A DNA stretch of 64,000 bases. Origin: Antedon mediterranea. Lineage: Eukaryota; Animalia; Echinodermata. The translations under genes were made by a program, and so were the position numbers. Below, piece by piece: positions 1-13,600 of this stretch. Below the pieces are notes generated by a model. It had not been told where the DNA came from. It saw nothing but the letters and a program-made list of their open reading frames with translations, and did not search any database. Location: NCBI RefSeq assembly GCF_964355755.1, contig NC_092677.1, positions 28,073,175 through 28,137,174 on the forward strand, written 5' to 3'. Numbering within the stretch: position 1 is the stretch's first letter; each line of letters starts with the position of its first letter.

Positions 1-3000
1 AATCTTCTTTCTCCAACAAAATTTCAGACAATGATCTAAAAACATCTTCCAATTTCAATAATAAACATAATTGCCTGAAAAAAAAAAATGTGATTTACAG
101 TTTATTTTATTAATTGAAATCATTATAATGATGGTGCATAATGGCATGTCAAAATACAGTATCTACATAATACACAATGAGTTGGGTGTGGTGGGGGCGG
201 GGGCACGCTCTACACTGCATTTCTACCAGGGGCATTTCAAACTTTGTTATGAGCTGTTTTATAGCGGTAAGCAACAGTTAAGTCCATATGTTAAGTTTCT
301 CTTACCTTATTATAAAAAAACCTCTATCCTCCAACAGTTGTGAATCTTTACAGAAGAGATCTAGCAGGCTGATCATAAACTTAGTGAAGTAGATGTTAGT
401 ACCTGGTATAGGCTTTGGTTGGAACCCTACCTCAGATTGAGGACCATTAGATGATGATACTACCTCAGACAACACTTCTAAGTCAAGCAGTACTACCTAT
501 ATGATAAATAAACAATAAGCTTTCTGTTTATTTTATTTGTATCTCCATTGAGATAAAGCCACCCACACCCACAGCATTGTCATTTTTTCAGTGCTTTGTT
601 TACACTATCAAACTTTTTGTGACAAAAAAATGACATTATCATGTCCATATATGGACATGATGATGTCATATCACAACCATATTTGAGTATATCACTACCA
701 TATCTGGTATAAAACTAGTTTGATAGTGTAGACAGAGCTTAATATGTCCACTAACCTCATCTGATACATCTGACAATGTTTCTAACAAAACAGGGAATAT
801 TTGCTCTACATGCTGAAATATCTATCAAAGAAATAAAAAAAAAACAGTTTGACAAATTCATTGTTAACATAAAAATGCTTATAAAAGGAAAACCCCATTT
901 TAAATTACATTAAATAAACGAAAATCAGTTTTATAACTACAAATTCTCAGGTTTGATTTTACCTTTCTTGGAGTTTTCAAATGAAGATGATAGATCCATC
1001 TAAGTACAGCAATCTTAGTCTGCATGAGTGACTGTTGGTGTAAGTGTTTTAGTAATACCTCTACAACTGGTGCAATTTCAAGCTTTATTTTCGGTGGTAG
1101 CGAACTGTACAAGAGAAAACAGGACTGCTATCAATAAAGTTTTCTAAAATCGTATAGAAATATTTAATTTGCATGAGAGAGAAATTAAAATAAGCGATAA
1201 TTTAACATTTGCTGCAGGTACCGGTAGGAAATGTACTCGTTAATCAGTTTCTATAAAATGGTAAGCTAACTACAAGTATAGTAAGTGGAAGAAACCAACA
1301 AAATAAAAACATTTTTTCGAAAATTAAGAACAGAATGGGAAATATCTATGGCCACTCCTCTACAATACAATACCTATATGTTGACATTTTAATCCCATGA
1401 TATAGCATAGTCTTTGGTGAAGACAGCCTCACATTGCCATACAGTAGTACAGAACAACCAATACTGTACCTTGAAACTTTAATGGAATTTGTATGAAGTG
1501 AGCCCTCTACTTGCTTTTCTTCTTTCTTACTTTCATCATCATCCTTATCATCTTCAGTTGTCACTAACCGCATCAGGTTCTGGTTCACTGCCTTTGCTAC
1601 TTCTTTGACATGTGCAATCATAGAAGTTAAGGATATTCAAGTCTCAAATAGTCAATAGTGTATACTTAAGTTTTACTTTCTAGAAATCAAAACGGTACTG
1701 GGTATGATCAACTAGCGTTCTTATCCTCAACTAGAAGTACTGAGATGTAGTAGTCTATTTGTATGGCGACTATAGAATGTTAGATTATGAGTGCCATGAG
1801 GAAAGTCATGAATAAAAAGTTAAAAGTACTACTGTTATCAGTTTATCCAGAATAGAAAAACAGCATGTACAGTATGTAACGTGGGTGGTTAGCACCTTAG
1901 TAGAGTTTCCAACAATACATTATATAATGTGTTGAAAAACATGTATTGTATTGTACATGTAATGTATTTATCCAATGAAATAAATTTGATTGATTGAGTT
2001 CGCTGTTAGAGTTCCGGTCTAGCATGTGTGATGTGTTTGTATTGTAAAATGATTTGAATTGAATTGAATTGATTGACATAGTAGCAAAGGATATTATCAC
2101 GTCCATATATTGCAAGACAGGGTAGGACAGCCGTAAGCAAACTTGAAGCAAAAAACAACATTGACCGTCCAGCTAAATTGACAAACTCTCGAAGCCAGGT
2201 TATGGCGGTCAATTGAATTAACTCAACTGTAAAAGAAATGTGTTTCTGTGATAACAAAAAGTAGTAGTATTAGCGGCTAAGGGAACACCAATACAAAGTA
2301 CTGTATTAACAATAATAATAATATTGCACTTAAATATGGATTTCCCATTAATTGGTATTTACTAAGATAGGAGAAATTTTTCTCAGCCTGTGTGATTAGT
2401 GAATACACAGAATTGTTTTTTATTATAAGGCATGACAATATCACTAACCATTGATTCTTCAGGTCACAGGTAACATGGCAATAATATGAATATTCATGAT
2501 TTGTGACCTGACCTAACAACTGACCTGTTGATTGGCTGTGGAATGTGAGTATGTTGACCATGGAAGGGAAATCAACATCACTTGGAGATGCTTTGATTTC
2601 TTGAAGGAAAATATCAAGTTGAGATTCACACCTGAAATGCAGATAAAAACAATTAGGGTAACGGAATATACCATTCTTCGACGGGGATGTGATATAGGCT
2701 AATGTTGGTTTATCCAGGTAAGCTAGGAATGACTAATTCTTTTCATTCTTTTCTTGTACAAAAATAAATGTTACTGTATATACTGTAATTACATCTTTCT
2801 AATTTCTTTATTTTCGTCTCCAAGCATCAGCAACATTCCGTCAAGTATTTCTTGTAGAAACTGTAGCATATTAATGTCTGGTACAGAGTCTAATGTAGTA
2901 ACCTAGGAAACAAACACAATGATGTTAAAAAAACAATTTTTGATGCTAAGCAGCTATAGAATATACTTTAAAAAAGTAACTTACCCAAGATATCAAGAAC

Positions 3001-4606
3001 TGTCTGGTATAAGAGTTAGTAGCGTGGATTCTGTCTCTCAAATTTGGAATAAAGTTAACGACGTCAAATGAATTACTTTCCGTGACTATGTCCTAAAAAT
3101 GTAGCAAACAAATATGGATAATTATGGATTTTATAAATAATTTTTAATTCTATTTGAGAACAAAAATTTTGAAAAAAAACTTAAATAATACCTTCATTAG
3201 TCTATCCAACAATTCTGAGCCATTTTTTACATCTAAATCTGGATCTGAGGCCAACTGAAAATACACATAAATGTATGGTTAAGAATAACCATTAACACTT
3301 AAATATTAGCCAGTGATTTCAACAGTTAAGACATAATTGCTCTATTTTTCAAAAGTAAAAGTACATTCATTCATTCATCTTTTTATTTAGGAATAATACC
3401 ACAATCACATAATATATCCATAGCAAAAAAAAACAAACAAACTTTAATCCGTAAGAAATCATTGTACAGATGACAAACAAAAGAGTTGAGGTTGTACAGA
3501 ATAACAGAATAATTGAATTGAATATATATAATGAAAGAAGGTATTCTAATATGCATTCTTGAAACATTAAGAAAATATGAAAATAAACTTTGAAAACAAC
3601 TTACATTAACCAACTCACAAAATACACTGTTAAAATGTTGCAAGACACAGCCTCTAGCGACCTTTACTATGTTGTACAATGCTTCGCATGCATAGTATCT
3701 ATTCTTCTTGTCTTGATCAGACAGACAAGATAACGCTGGTTTGATCAACTGAGGTAAAAACAACGCAATATCCTGTAAAATAAAAATACTCAAATTTAAC
3801 AACTGGAATCAATTCTCTTATATGTTTTGTATATAGTTAGTTAACTTCAATATATTATGCAAAAATATCCCAGGAAATATATGGTATATGACATACATAT
3901 TAAGAACAAATGAAGATAAAAAACATACCTTTCCAAGACCAATAGCTGTAGCAGCCAGTCCTATTAGCCCTCCCTTTCTGGAATTAGGGTTTGAAGAGAG
4001 GGCAAAATCTCTACTCAAAACATTTACTAATTTCATTATTTGTTCCGTTTCTCCGGTTTGTGCTAATTCTTTAACAAGTCTTTAAAATAAATGAAATGAA
4101 ATATGTCAATTCTTGTATGTCTGCGGATGACACCATGTCCCTCCTTATTATTAAGGATTATTATTATATCCATATACAGTATATAACATTAACGAAAATA
4201 GGAGGCCTAGGCCTAACTAAAAATATAAAATAATGTGGATTAACTTGACTTTTTAACTTGCATTCAACGATTATTTACATTAACAGAACAAGATTCAGTG
4301 AAGTCAGTGAAATAATTATTAGTTATCAATTGTATATGTTCATAATCAAAAAAATCCAAATTCTTGAACATGATTGGCTCTAGGCTAGCTATACTGCACC
4401 AAACACCAGTTTCCTGCATGCGCCGGCCGGTCACAGGTGCCACTCCTCCCTCTGTTTACAATAATTTTCTAATTTTGAAATTCGTTAGGCCTAGCTTACC
4501 TTTCTATTTCAAGTGCAGCCGCTTTCCTTTTTTCGTAAATTTTGTCATTTAATGCTCGAGCACATGATGGAGTTAAAGGTGTTTGATCCCATGTCTTCTC
4601 TGCCAT
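1..4606 (-). CDS. VAC14: VAC14 homolog (PIKfyve/FIG4 complex HEAT-repeat scaffold), 5' part; continues beyond the window start
   Basis: Exons 4500-4606, 3929-4079, 3605-3772, 3192-3254, 2985-3092, 2793-2902, 2525-2631, 2095-2226, 1470-1611, 963-1104, 756-821, 306-496, <1-74 join in frame: [36 protein letters not shown]...[22 protein letters not shown]...[17 protein letters not shown]...[19 protein letters not shown]...[17 protein letters not shown], recognisable as VAC14. Confidence 0.96.
591..741. mobile_element. MITE family B (palindromic, ~150 bp; ends AGCTCTGTCTACACTATCAAACT), in a VAC14 intron
   Basis: GCTTTGTTTACACTATCAAACT...AGTTTGATAGTGTAGACAGAGCTTA inverted ends; similar copies at 6183, 24576, 26845, 32524, 48042. 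Confidence 0.8.
1612..2094 (-). other. U12-type (minor spliceosome) AT-AC intron in VAC14
   Basis: Minus strand: donor ATATCCTTT at 2094, branch site TCCTTAAC at 1626-1633, terminal AC at 1612-1613; splicing keeps the frame ([17 protein letters not shown]). Confidence 0.92.
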
Positions 4607-5423
4607 TTTACTGAATTGGTTTATTAGTAAAGTAATGGCTAAAATAATGAGCAATATTTTCCATCACTCACATGATTGTATTTTGATTACGGGAGCCCAC
4701 CGCCCGGAACCAAAAAGTATGGTGGCCGTAAAGAAACATGCGTGGTCGTACTTAACGAGGCGTTAGCCAATCGCGTAACATTAGATAATTATATACAAAT
4801 TCATTTTGTAGTAAATCTAGTTTCGTATGTTTAAAATGTTGTTGATTGATTTTTGTTATTTCCTATCAATTATTGATGGGCTTTGTCTAATTTTTCATTT
4901 TTTTGGGATACCCTTTTTTATGTCTATAAGTTTTGAAAAACAGCGGAATGTGTCCTAACCATAGGTACTAAACATCAACTTATTAGGCATAAATGAATAT
5001 AAAATAACAACTACAATATTGACTACATTTGTCAAGGTAGACAGAAGACATTATATTCCATATACATTTATTTGAAACAAACAATTGCATACCTCGCTGG
5101 ATCGCACTTGTTGCATACCTCGCTGGCTCGCACTTTTAACACTCATACATGTAATATGATTAATATTATTAATGTTTAATTATCAATGCAGAATTTATCT
5201 AGGCCTAAATGTGATTAATGTGGTGGTTTAAAAGTGGTTTAGTATATTTCTATTAAGGAGTCTTCAGTACGTGCTTATGTTACAGCTTAGTTGAATATTG
5301 GCAAGTACGGTTTAGTTCGACCAATTGTCATGAGTCAACTCGCTTGCGTTGCACGTATGTCGTCCTTGCGCCATGCGCGATGGGCCGGAGTAAAGCTTTA
5401 AGATAACATATTTTGGATCAGAA

Positions 5424-8400
5424 TTACTGTTCCCGGCCGGGCGGATTGTGAACATAAGTTCGGCATGTGTTGTTGGCCTCTCCTCCACTATCTCTGGGCA
5501 TTGATGACTCATCTGGAAGTCTTTGTGAAAGTTTATCACGAATCTGAAATAAATACAAAAAAATGTTACGAGATGGATACAGTCTCATTTGAGGCATTGG
5601 GAGTGAATTTGGAAGAGTCGTGAATTACGAATTGACAGGTCAGGATTGAACCCTGAACGCTTCACTAAGTAGGCCTAGAGCTGGCAATCATTTCATAGAC
5701 AAACGATGCATTTTCAAGATTTTGAATATAAATGAGTATCAGTGGAGTAAATAATGTTCATGTTACGCAAACTCCAATTAGATTGTCTTAATTTACCACA
5801 TATGGGTACTTACATCTTCCACTCCTTTAAATACTCTTAAAATGTTTTCACCAAGTAACTTTTTGATTTGACCATCAGTCCAACCTCTGCTAAGGAGTTC
5901 GACAATTAAATTAGGAAATTTGGACACATCCTCTAGTCCTTCAGGCACTCTGCAAGTCAAACAACCATATTAATTGACAAGGAAAAAACAATATGATAGT
6001 ACACGGACTTATGGCAAAATTCTTATGTACGACTTACGTATCCGCGCCATCAAAATCTGACCCCAGGCCTACGCAATCTTCACCACATACATTTTTTATA
6101 TGGTCTAAGTTATCTACAAATCAATAACCAAAATGTTATTCAGATATACCATCAGTTAATACTTTATACTATGATGATGTGTTAAGCTCTGTCTACAATA
6201 TTATCTAAACCTTTGTCTACACGTACTATCAAACTTAGTTTGACAACAAAAGTTTGATGTGCCCAAATATAGTAGTGATATGCCCAAATATGGTAGAGAC
6301 ATCATCATGTCCACCACATGTGTTTGTCACATAAAGTTTGATAGTGTAGAGAGCTGAGCTTAAGAGTAGGGCTACAGCCTCGAAGTTCTTAACAGGAAAC
6401 ACAAACGTACCAGCAATTTGAGTCAGATTTGCATACGAGTCGTTCGTACCGGCAATCAAACTTGGAGGACAGTTTATATATTTTGTGTAAAAACCCACCA
6501 TAACAACACCTTTCTTATCTTTCTGTAAAGTGGGAGAATCTTAGTTAATTTAATAATAGTAGGCTCTTGGTAATAAGATTTATTACGGAGCTTTTGATGC
6601 GATGCGATGCCATGATGGAAGCTTGTTTTTTTTCAGATTTCATTCCACCTATATTCAAAAACGTATGCCTGGATCAGCACTTGACGAAATGTCAAACGTT
6701 TAGGCGTTTTGTTGACACAACGTGCAAATCTAAACTGATTGTGTGTGTCTATTCTAACAATATTACCCATTATTCTTACCACAATTGCAAGGACTTCGTC
6801 GTTCACGTTACGATAGTGATTACACAAACTAAAAGCCGATGTATGGCTAAACATTACAGGTGCCTCACTCAGTTCTAGAACTTGTTTCATGACGTCGACA
6901 GACACGTGACTAAGATCGATTATCATACCCAGACGATTCATTTCTTTAATAATGTCCTGTCCAAAAAAAAATACAAATATGAATCAAATTCTCTCAAATA
7001 ATCGTCGTGCTTTGCCATGCAAATTATTTTTCTTTTTGTTTAAAAATCGAACTCTCAACTACTGTGACGTACCAGTAACGCAAGCACGAAAAGCCGCAAC
7101 GCAAGCAAGTTGATGACAGTACAGATAATAATTGCTTGTGATTTGTGATAGTGATAGTAATCACTATCACAAATCACCTGTAATGTTTAGCCATACATCG
7201 GCTTTTAGTTTGTGTAATCACTATCACAAATCACAATTGCGTTGCGCATGCGTCCTTGAGTTGCGTTCTAGTGAGAATCAAGTTAAACAACTTAAAGACA
7301 TACTCTTCCAAAATTTGTGAGACCATTGAATTCTCTCTCACTTTTTGGTAATTTGTCCATCAACCAGTTATCTGACCTGTATATGATAAAAGATAACCAT
7401 TACTATATGCTTTATACATACCTAATATATATATTATAATTAATAATTATATTTCAAAGAAATAATCAGGTGACGTCAGTGCCACTAAAACTCCTCCAAC
7501 ATTTAAATCTTTCTCTCCTATCATTTCATGATAGAGTTTCGTTTGGGGGAGGGTGTCTAAAGGGCCTTAAATCTATTTTTTTTTCTCTATCTAAAAAACA
7601 ATTCCTTAAAAACTATTTTATAAGAAAATATTTTCACTGTTTATTTGTTACCTACCACGGTGTGTTACAGTTATGTGTTAACGTGATGTATCTTGTTCCT
7701 AGGGCGTAAAGCGCCCTCAATACTGCCATATGACTGTCCATACTGTGACCACCTTCTATCCCAATCAGACCTCCAATTTTTCCACGTTTAAACGCATCCC
7801 TGATGCCTAAAACAAACGTGTATTTGTTTTTTTGATCTACATATTTTAAACTTTATATTTAGAAATAAGAATAAGATTGTTGTTGAACAGTATAGGCTCC
7901 TGATACAAAGTGATAGCTAAGTATGTGGCTATTATACCCATAAGTAAGCACATTATTGATATAAAATCATCTGCAATGTGTTTTTATTGTTTTCTTGTTT
8001 TTCAATATTGTGTGAATAACTTATCTGAACTTTGCCGAATTGTATCGTCGCCAAGAAACAGTGGATTTTAGTAATCATTGTTACTATCTTATCGATCATA
8101 ATTACTACTACTGTAAATGATTAGGATGTTTTTCTAATACACTTGTACAAACAAATACCGACATGCATTGCAAAAACAACACAAAGTTTCTAAAAGTATA
8201 AACCTTGCAATGTTTTTTGCCTACCTTCAGAAGAGTCGACGAACTCAAATGCGTCATATTTGTCACACATTCGTTTAATCACGTCAATTTGGTCAATGGT
8301 GTGACGCAACGTGTCCTTATACTGTGAACTGCATGAGGTGTAGACCGACCAGAACTTTAAAACAAAACAAACATAAATTGAAATAAAAACATTGCCTTTT

Positions 8401-9803
8401 TCATAACATGTTTCATGATTTTAACTTTTTTTACTACAAAAATTGTTGCATACAAATGTTTCAATCACCGTAGCCTACGAGTCTAAATAAAAGACGCTAA
8501 AGCGTGGTTCCCACTAGCGACGCCACACAAGGACGTAACGCAACGCAAGTGAATTGACCAATCACAAGCGATGGCTTATTCGCTTGTGATTGCTAACTGT
8601 CTATAACTTCGCTTGTCATTGGTTAAAACGCTTGCGTTGCGTTTACGTCCTTGCGTTACGTTCTAGTGGGAACCAAGCTTTAGGTTTCACTAGCAACGCA
8701 AGGACGTCACGCAACGCAGGCAATTTAACCAATCATAATACTAGCAACGGACAGTCCGTGCTGTGATTTGTGATTGGGTAAATTTGGTTGCGCGTACGTC
8801 GTTGCGTACGTCCTGTGAGAAACGATTTAGGTGTTTCATTGTGTCCTTGTGAGAGAACCACGCACCGTCGTTGGTTCCCACTTGTTATTACGCAATACAG
8901 CACGTTGCGTCACTGCGTTGCGTTGCGTTACGTTGCGTAAATTACGAACCTGAGCGCCAACTTTACCAGCTCTTAGTCTAGGGATGTCCGTGTGTGATAC
9001 TGCAAACTTTCCTTTCAGGTTATTGTTCAAATTACTTGTATCATTCTCCAGCTGGTTATTTACTCGGTATTTTAGATGCCAGGGTAAGTCATTGTGTCTG
9101 GGAAAATTAAATGAAAATAAAGTAGGTCTCATGCCGTCTTTAAATCAGTATATTCATTTTGCAATAAATAATACTGTAATCTAATGATAGCCTTTTTATA
9201 TTGAAACTTTTAATTTGAATCAGACACAATATTATTAGCAACGTTATTGAAATAATAATTCAAATGTTACAGCGGGTGTACCGGGATACTGCTGTTACTG
9301 CAATTATATTTATATTTGATTCTTGTGAAGGAGTGTATATTTGCTACATAGGACAAGAGGACGTGGTTTATGCAAGATTTGTTTTCTGTTTTTCTCATGG
9401 ATGCGATTTATAGCGTTTGAGACTTTGCTCATCAAATAAACACTTTAGACCTTTGGACTCGAAGAGAACTCATCATATATGCAAATACAATATTTACTGT
9501 ACAAAATGTACAAGTCTATAGGCCTATTAGGCCTATGCCTATATCATTTTTGTATGACAATCACATTGATTGTTATTTTTTTTTTAAATACAGTGTTTGC
9601 AATTGCTAAGATAACATGTTTCACACTCACCCATCGACAAGCGGTGTTTCTGTCATCAAGTCTTGGGCGTGTTTTAACGGACTAGTGCTTTCCCGATTAT
9701 TACGAGACACGGGAATGGCGATCGCCACGGCAACAATAGTTACGATGACAACGCTAGCGACTACGATCATTAATATCCTCTTTCTATCATCCATATTTGC
9801 CAT
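5424..9803 (-). CDS. Membrane dipeptidase (peptidase M19, DPEP-like), copy A
   Basis: 10 exons (9631-9803, 8950-9097, 8225-8354, 7656-7806, 7304-7376, 6780-6956, 6411-6522, 6038-6113, 5814-5949, 5424-5543) in frame; motifs [78 protein letters not shown]; N-terminal hydrophobic anchor. Confidence 0.95.
6183..6363. mobile_element. MITE family B copy, dipeptidase A intron 7
   Basis: TAAGCTCTGTCTACA...AGTTTGATAGTGTAGAGAGCTGAGCTTA, degenerate ends; absent from the equivalent intron of copies B/C. Confidence 0.7.
8499..8682. mobile_element. MITE family A (palindromic, ~180 bp; TIR AGCGTGGTTCCCACTAG), duplicated at 14195-14378
   Basis: TAA-AGCGTGGTTCCCACTAG...CTAGTGGGAACCAAGCT-TTA with internal inverted arms (AACGCAACGCAAG/CTTGCGTTGCGTT). 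TWA flanks suggest PIF/Harbinger type (inference). Confidence 0.85.
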
Positions 9804-10659
9804 CCTGTCGTCGTTTAGCCGCGTTCGGGGGCCGCGTTACACATAAACTAAGGGCCTAATTCTATTATGAATAAAGTCATTTGATTGGCTCATTTATCAC
9901 ACATGACATGCATCGACAAAAATGATTTATCAAAATATATAGTTTTGGTCAGCTGTTTGCTAATAAAGAGGTCATAAGGATTTGATGTTTGTAATGCTTA
10001 TTTGAAGAAAACAATTGACCTTTGTAGCACTCGCCTTGCTTGACCAGCGCCCGGGGACACCGCCGCTTGATTAAAGCACAGGTGACCAGCAGACTTGTTG
10101 TAATACTGAGGTTTTGAAAAGTATTTAAAAATACTTTTTATCTAATTCCTACCACTATATCATTGAACGTTTGGTTCCAGTATCGTCCGAACGCTGATCT
10201 GTATTTTGATTACGGGGGCCTCGGAACCAGAACGTATGGTGGCCGTAAAAGGACATGCGTGATCGTATTTCCCAGCATTGACGACCGAAATATAGCGGAA
10301 TGTGTCCTAACCCTTATAATAAATACATATACTTTAAGCATAAAACAAATAAAAAATAACACAATACAATAATTGATCACATTTGTCAAGGTAGAAGGAA
10401 GAAATTATATTTCATTTACATTTATTTGCAACAAACAATATTAATGAGTAAAAATGTGATAACATAGTTGACAGAGACTAAACATCAAGCAATCTAACTT
10501 CCTGATAATACTGTATACTTTTTCTTTGTACACATTCCTTATCGTATACAGGTGATTCATTATTGTACAAATATTAAAATTATGCTTTTATGTGTGGCTC
10601 GCTTTGGCCGGCTATAGAAGTGGGCCGGAGTGAAGCTTCAGGTTTTTTGCACATCAGAA

Positions 10660-13600
10660 TTATTGTTCCCGGCCAGGCGGATTGTGAACGTAAGTTCGGC
10701 ATGTGTTGTTTACTTCTCCACCACTATCTCTGGGCATTGATGACTCATCTGGAAGTCTTTTTGAAAGTTTATCACGAGTCTGAAATAATTTTAAAAAATG
10801 GAGTTACAGGATGAACAGGCCTACTATAAACCAAGTCTCATTTGGGAGTGGATTTGGAAGAGTCCAGTGAGTTACACCAGATTTGGATTGAACCCTGGAC
10901 GGCAACCACTAAGCTAGCTCCACTAGGTAGGCCTACAGCTGACACGGAAATCATCATGGAAAAACGATTCGTTTTCATGAATATATGAATTATATTGAGT
11001 TAACATGAGTAAATCAATTTTACGCGCAGTCCAATTAGTTAATATAGGCCTAGTTAATTTACCACATGTGTAGGCCTACTTACATCTTCCACTCCTTTAA
11101 ATACTCTTAAAATGTTTTCACCAAGTAACTTTTTGATTTGGTCATCAGTCCAACCTCTGTTAAGGAGTTCGACAATTAAATCAGGAAATTTGGACACATC
11201 CTCTAGTCCTTCAGGCACTCTGCAAGTCAAATAATATTAATCAACAAAGAGAAAACAAATATGATAATACACAGATATGTGTACGTGTGGAACACAACAT
11301 TTCTGAAGGAAAATTATGATAAATGTGACCAACCCATGTGTGACTATACTCAAATGAGATTCTGCACAGTATGGAAGATGATGCACAGTATGGAAGATGA
11401 TGCACAGTATGGAAGATGATGCACAGTATGGAAGATGATGCACAGTATGGAAGATGATGCACAGTATGGAAGATGATGCACAGTATGGAAGATGATGCAC
11501 AGTATGGAAGATGATGCACAGTATGGAAGATGATGCACAGTATGGAAGATGATGCACAGTATGGAAGATGATGCACAGTATGGAAGATGATGCACAGTAT
11601 GGAAGATGATGCACAGTATGGAAGATGATGATGATGTAAAAATGTATGAAACTTTACAATAACTCTCGTTCTATGTACTTACGTATTTACGCCATCATAA
11701 TCTGACCCCATGCCTACGCAGTCTTCGCCACATATTTTTTTTATATGGTCCAAGTGATCTACAAATAAATCACCAACATGTTATTCAGATATCATCAGTT
11801 AATACTGTATATTTACGATGTGTCATTAAGCGTGGTTCCCACTAGGACGTAACGAAAGGACATAAACGCAAGGTAAGTGATTTGACCAATCACAAGTGAT
11901 GGATTATTCGAACAGTCGGTTGTTATTGGTGAACTCGCTTGCGTTGGGTCTACGTCATTGCGTTCCGTCGCTGTGGGAACCAACCTTCAGGACGAAACGA
12001 AAGGACGTAAGCGCAATGCAAGCGAGTTGACCAATTGACAATGATAAACGACTCGCTTGTGATTGGTCAAATTATAATATTGCGTTGCCTTACGTCATTG
12101 CGTTTATTCCTAAATCGTGGTTCCCACTAGAACACAACGCAGCGACGTATTGACGCAAAGTGATGTATTGCGTAATCACAAATAGGACAGACGACGCAAC
12201 AGTGCTGCAAAAAGGTTTGATTTCACGCAGGCGAGAGAAACACAATTATTGGAAGGGTATTTTTTTACGTTGCGTAGGTTGCGTTACGTTGCGTGGCTAG
12301 TGGGAACCAAGCTTTAGACAATGTAGTTCTTACCAGCAACTTGAGTCAGGTTCGCATACGAGTCGTTTGTACCAGGAATCAAACTTGGAGGACAGTTAAT
12401 ATATTTTGTGTAAAAATTCACCATAACAACACCTTGCTTATCTTTCTGTAAAGGGGGAAAATCTTAGTTACCGTATTGGTTCTAGTCGAAACAAACTGAT
12501 TTTGTGTGTCTATTCTAACAATATTACCCATTTATTCTTACCACAATTGCAAGGACTTCGTCGTTCACGTTACGATAGTGATTACACAAAGTAAAAGCCG
12601 ATGTATGGCTAAACATTACAGGTGCCTCACTCAGTTCTAGAACTTGTTTCATGACGTCAACAGACACGTGACTAAGATCGATTATCATACCCAGACGATT
12701 CATTTCTTTAATAATGTCCTGTCAAAAAAAAAATACAAATGTGAATTAACGAAAATAAAATACTCATAAACTTTTATTGTCCTGCTGTTTTGTGCAAATT
12801 ATTTTTCTTTAGAGTTCACCAAACGAATTCAAGCACTATGACGCAACGCAATGACGTAAAGCGTAACGCAAGCAAGCTGACCAATGGCAACAAGCGTCAG
12901 AATACACCTTATAATACATTGGTTGTGATTGGTCAAATTACTTATTGCGTTGCGCATGCGTCTTAGTAAGAATCAAGCTTAAACAACTTTGAGACATACT
13001 CTTCCAAAATTTGTGAGACCATTGAATTCTCTCTCACTTTTTGGTAATTTGTCCATCAACCAGTTATCTGACCTGTATATGATAAAAGATAACCATTACT
13101 ATATGCTTTATACATACCTAATATATATATTATAATTAATAATTATATTTCAAAGAAATAATCAGGTGACGTCAGTGCCACTAAAACTCCTCCAACATTT
13201 AAATCTTTCTCTCCTATCATTTCATGATAGAGTTTCGTTTGGGGGAGGGTGTCTAAAGGGCCTTAAATCTATTTTTTTTTCTCTATCTAAAAAACAATTC
13301 CTTAAAAACTATTTTATAAGAAAATATTTTCACTGTTTATTTGTTACCTACCACGGTGTGTTACAGTTATGTGTTAACGTGATGTATCTTGTTCCTAGGG
13401 CGTAAAGCGCCCTCAATACTGCCATATGACTGTCCATACTGTGACCACCTTCTATCCCAATCAGACCTCCAATTTTTCCACGTTTAAACGCATCCCTGAT
13501 GCCTAAAACAAACGTGTATTTGTTTTTTTGATCTACATATTTTAAACTTTATATTTAGAAATAAGAATAAGATTGTTGTTGAACAGTATAGGCTCCTGAT

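Noticed and set aside
7132-7320. Plus-strand ORF containing dipeptidase peptide [16 protein letters not shown]
   Set aside because: Not a gene; it arises from the 51-nt inverted exon copy reported as a finding.
11237-11614. Repetitive ORFs ([19 protein letters not shown])n, also at 16933-17310; possible CRISPR-like array
   Set aside because: Perfect 19-bp tandem units with no spacers, inside an intron; the ORFs are artefacts of a stop-free unit.
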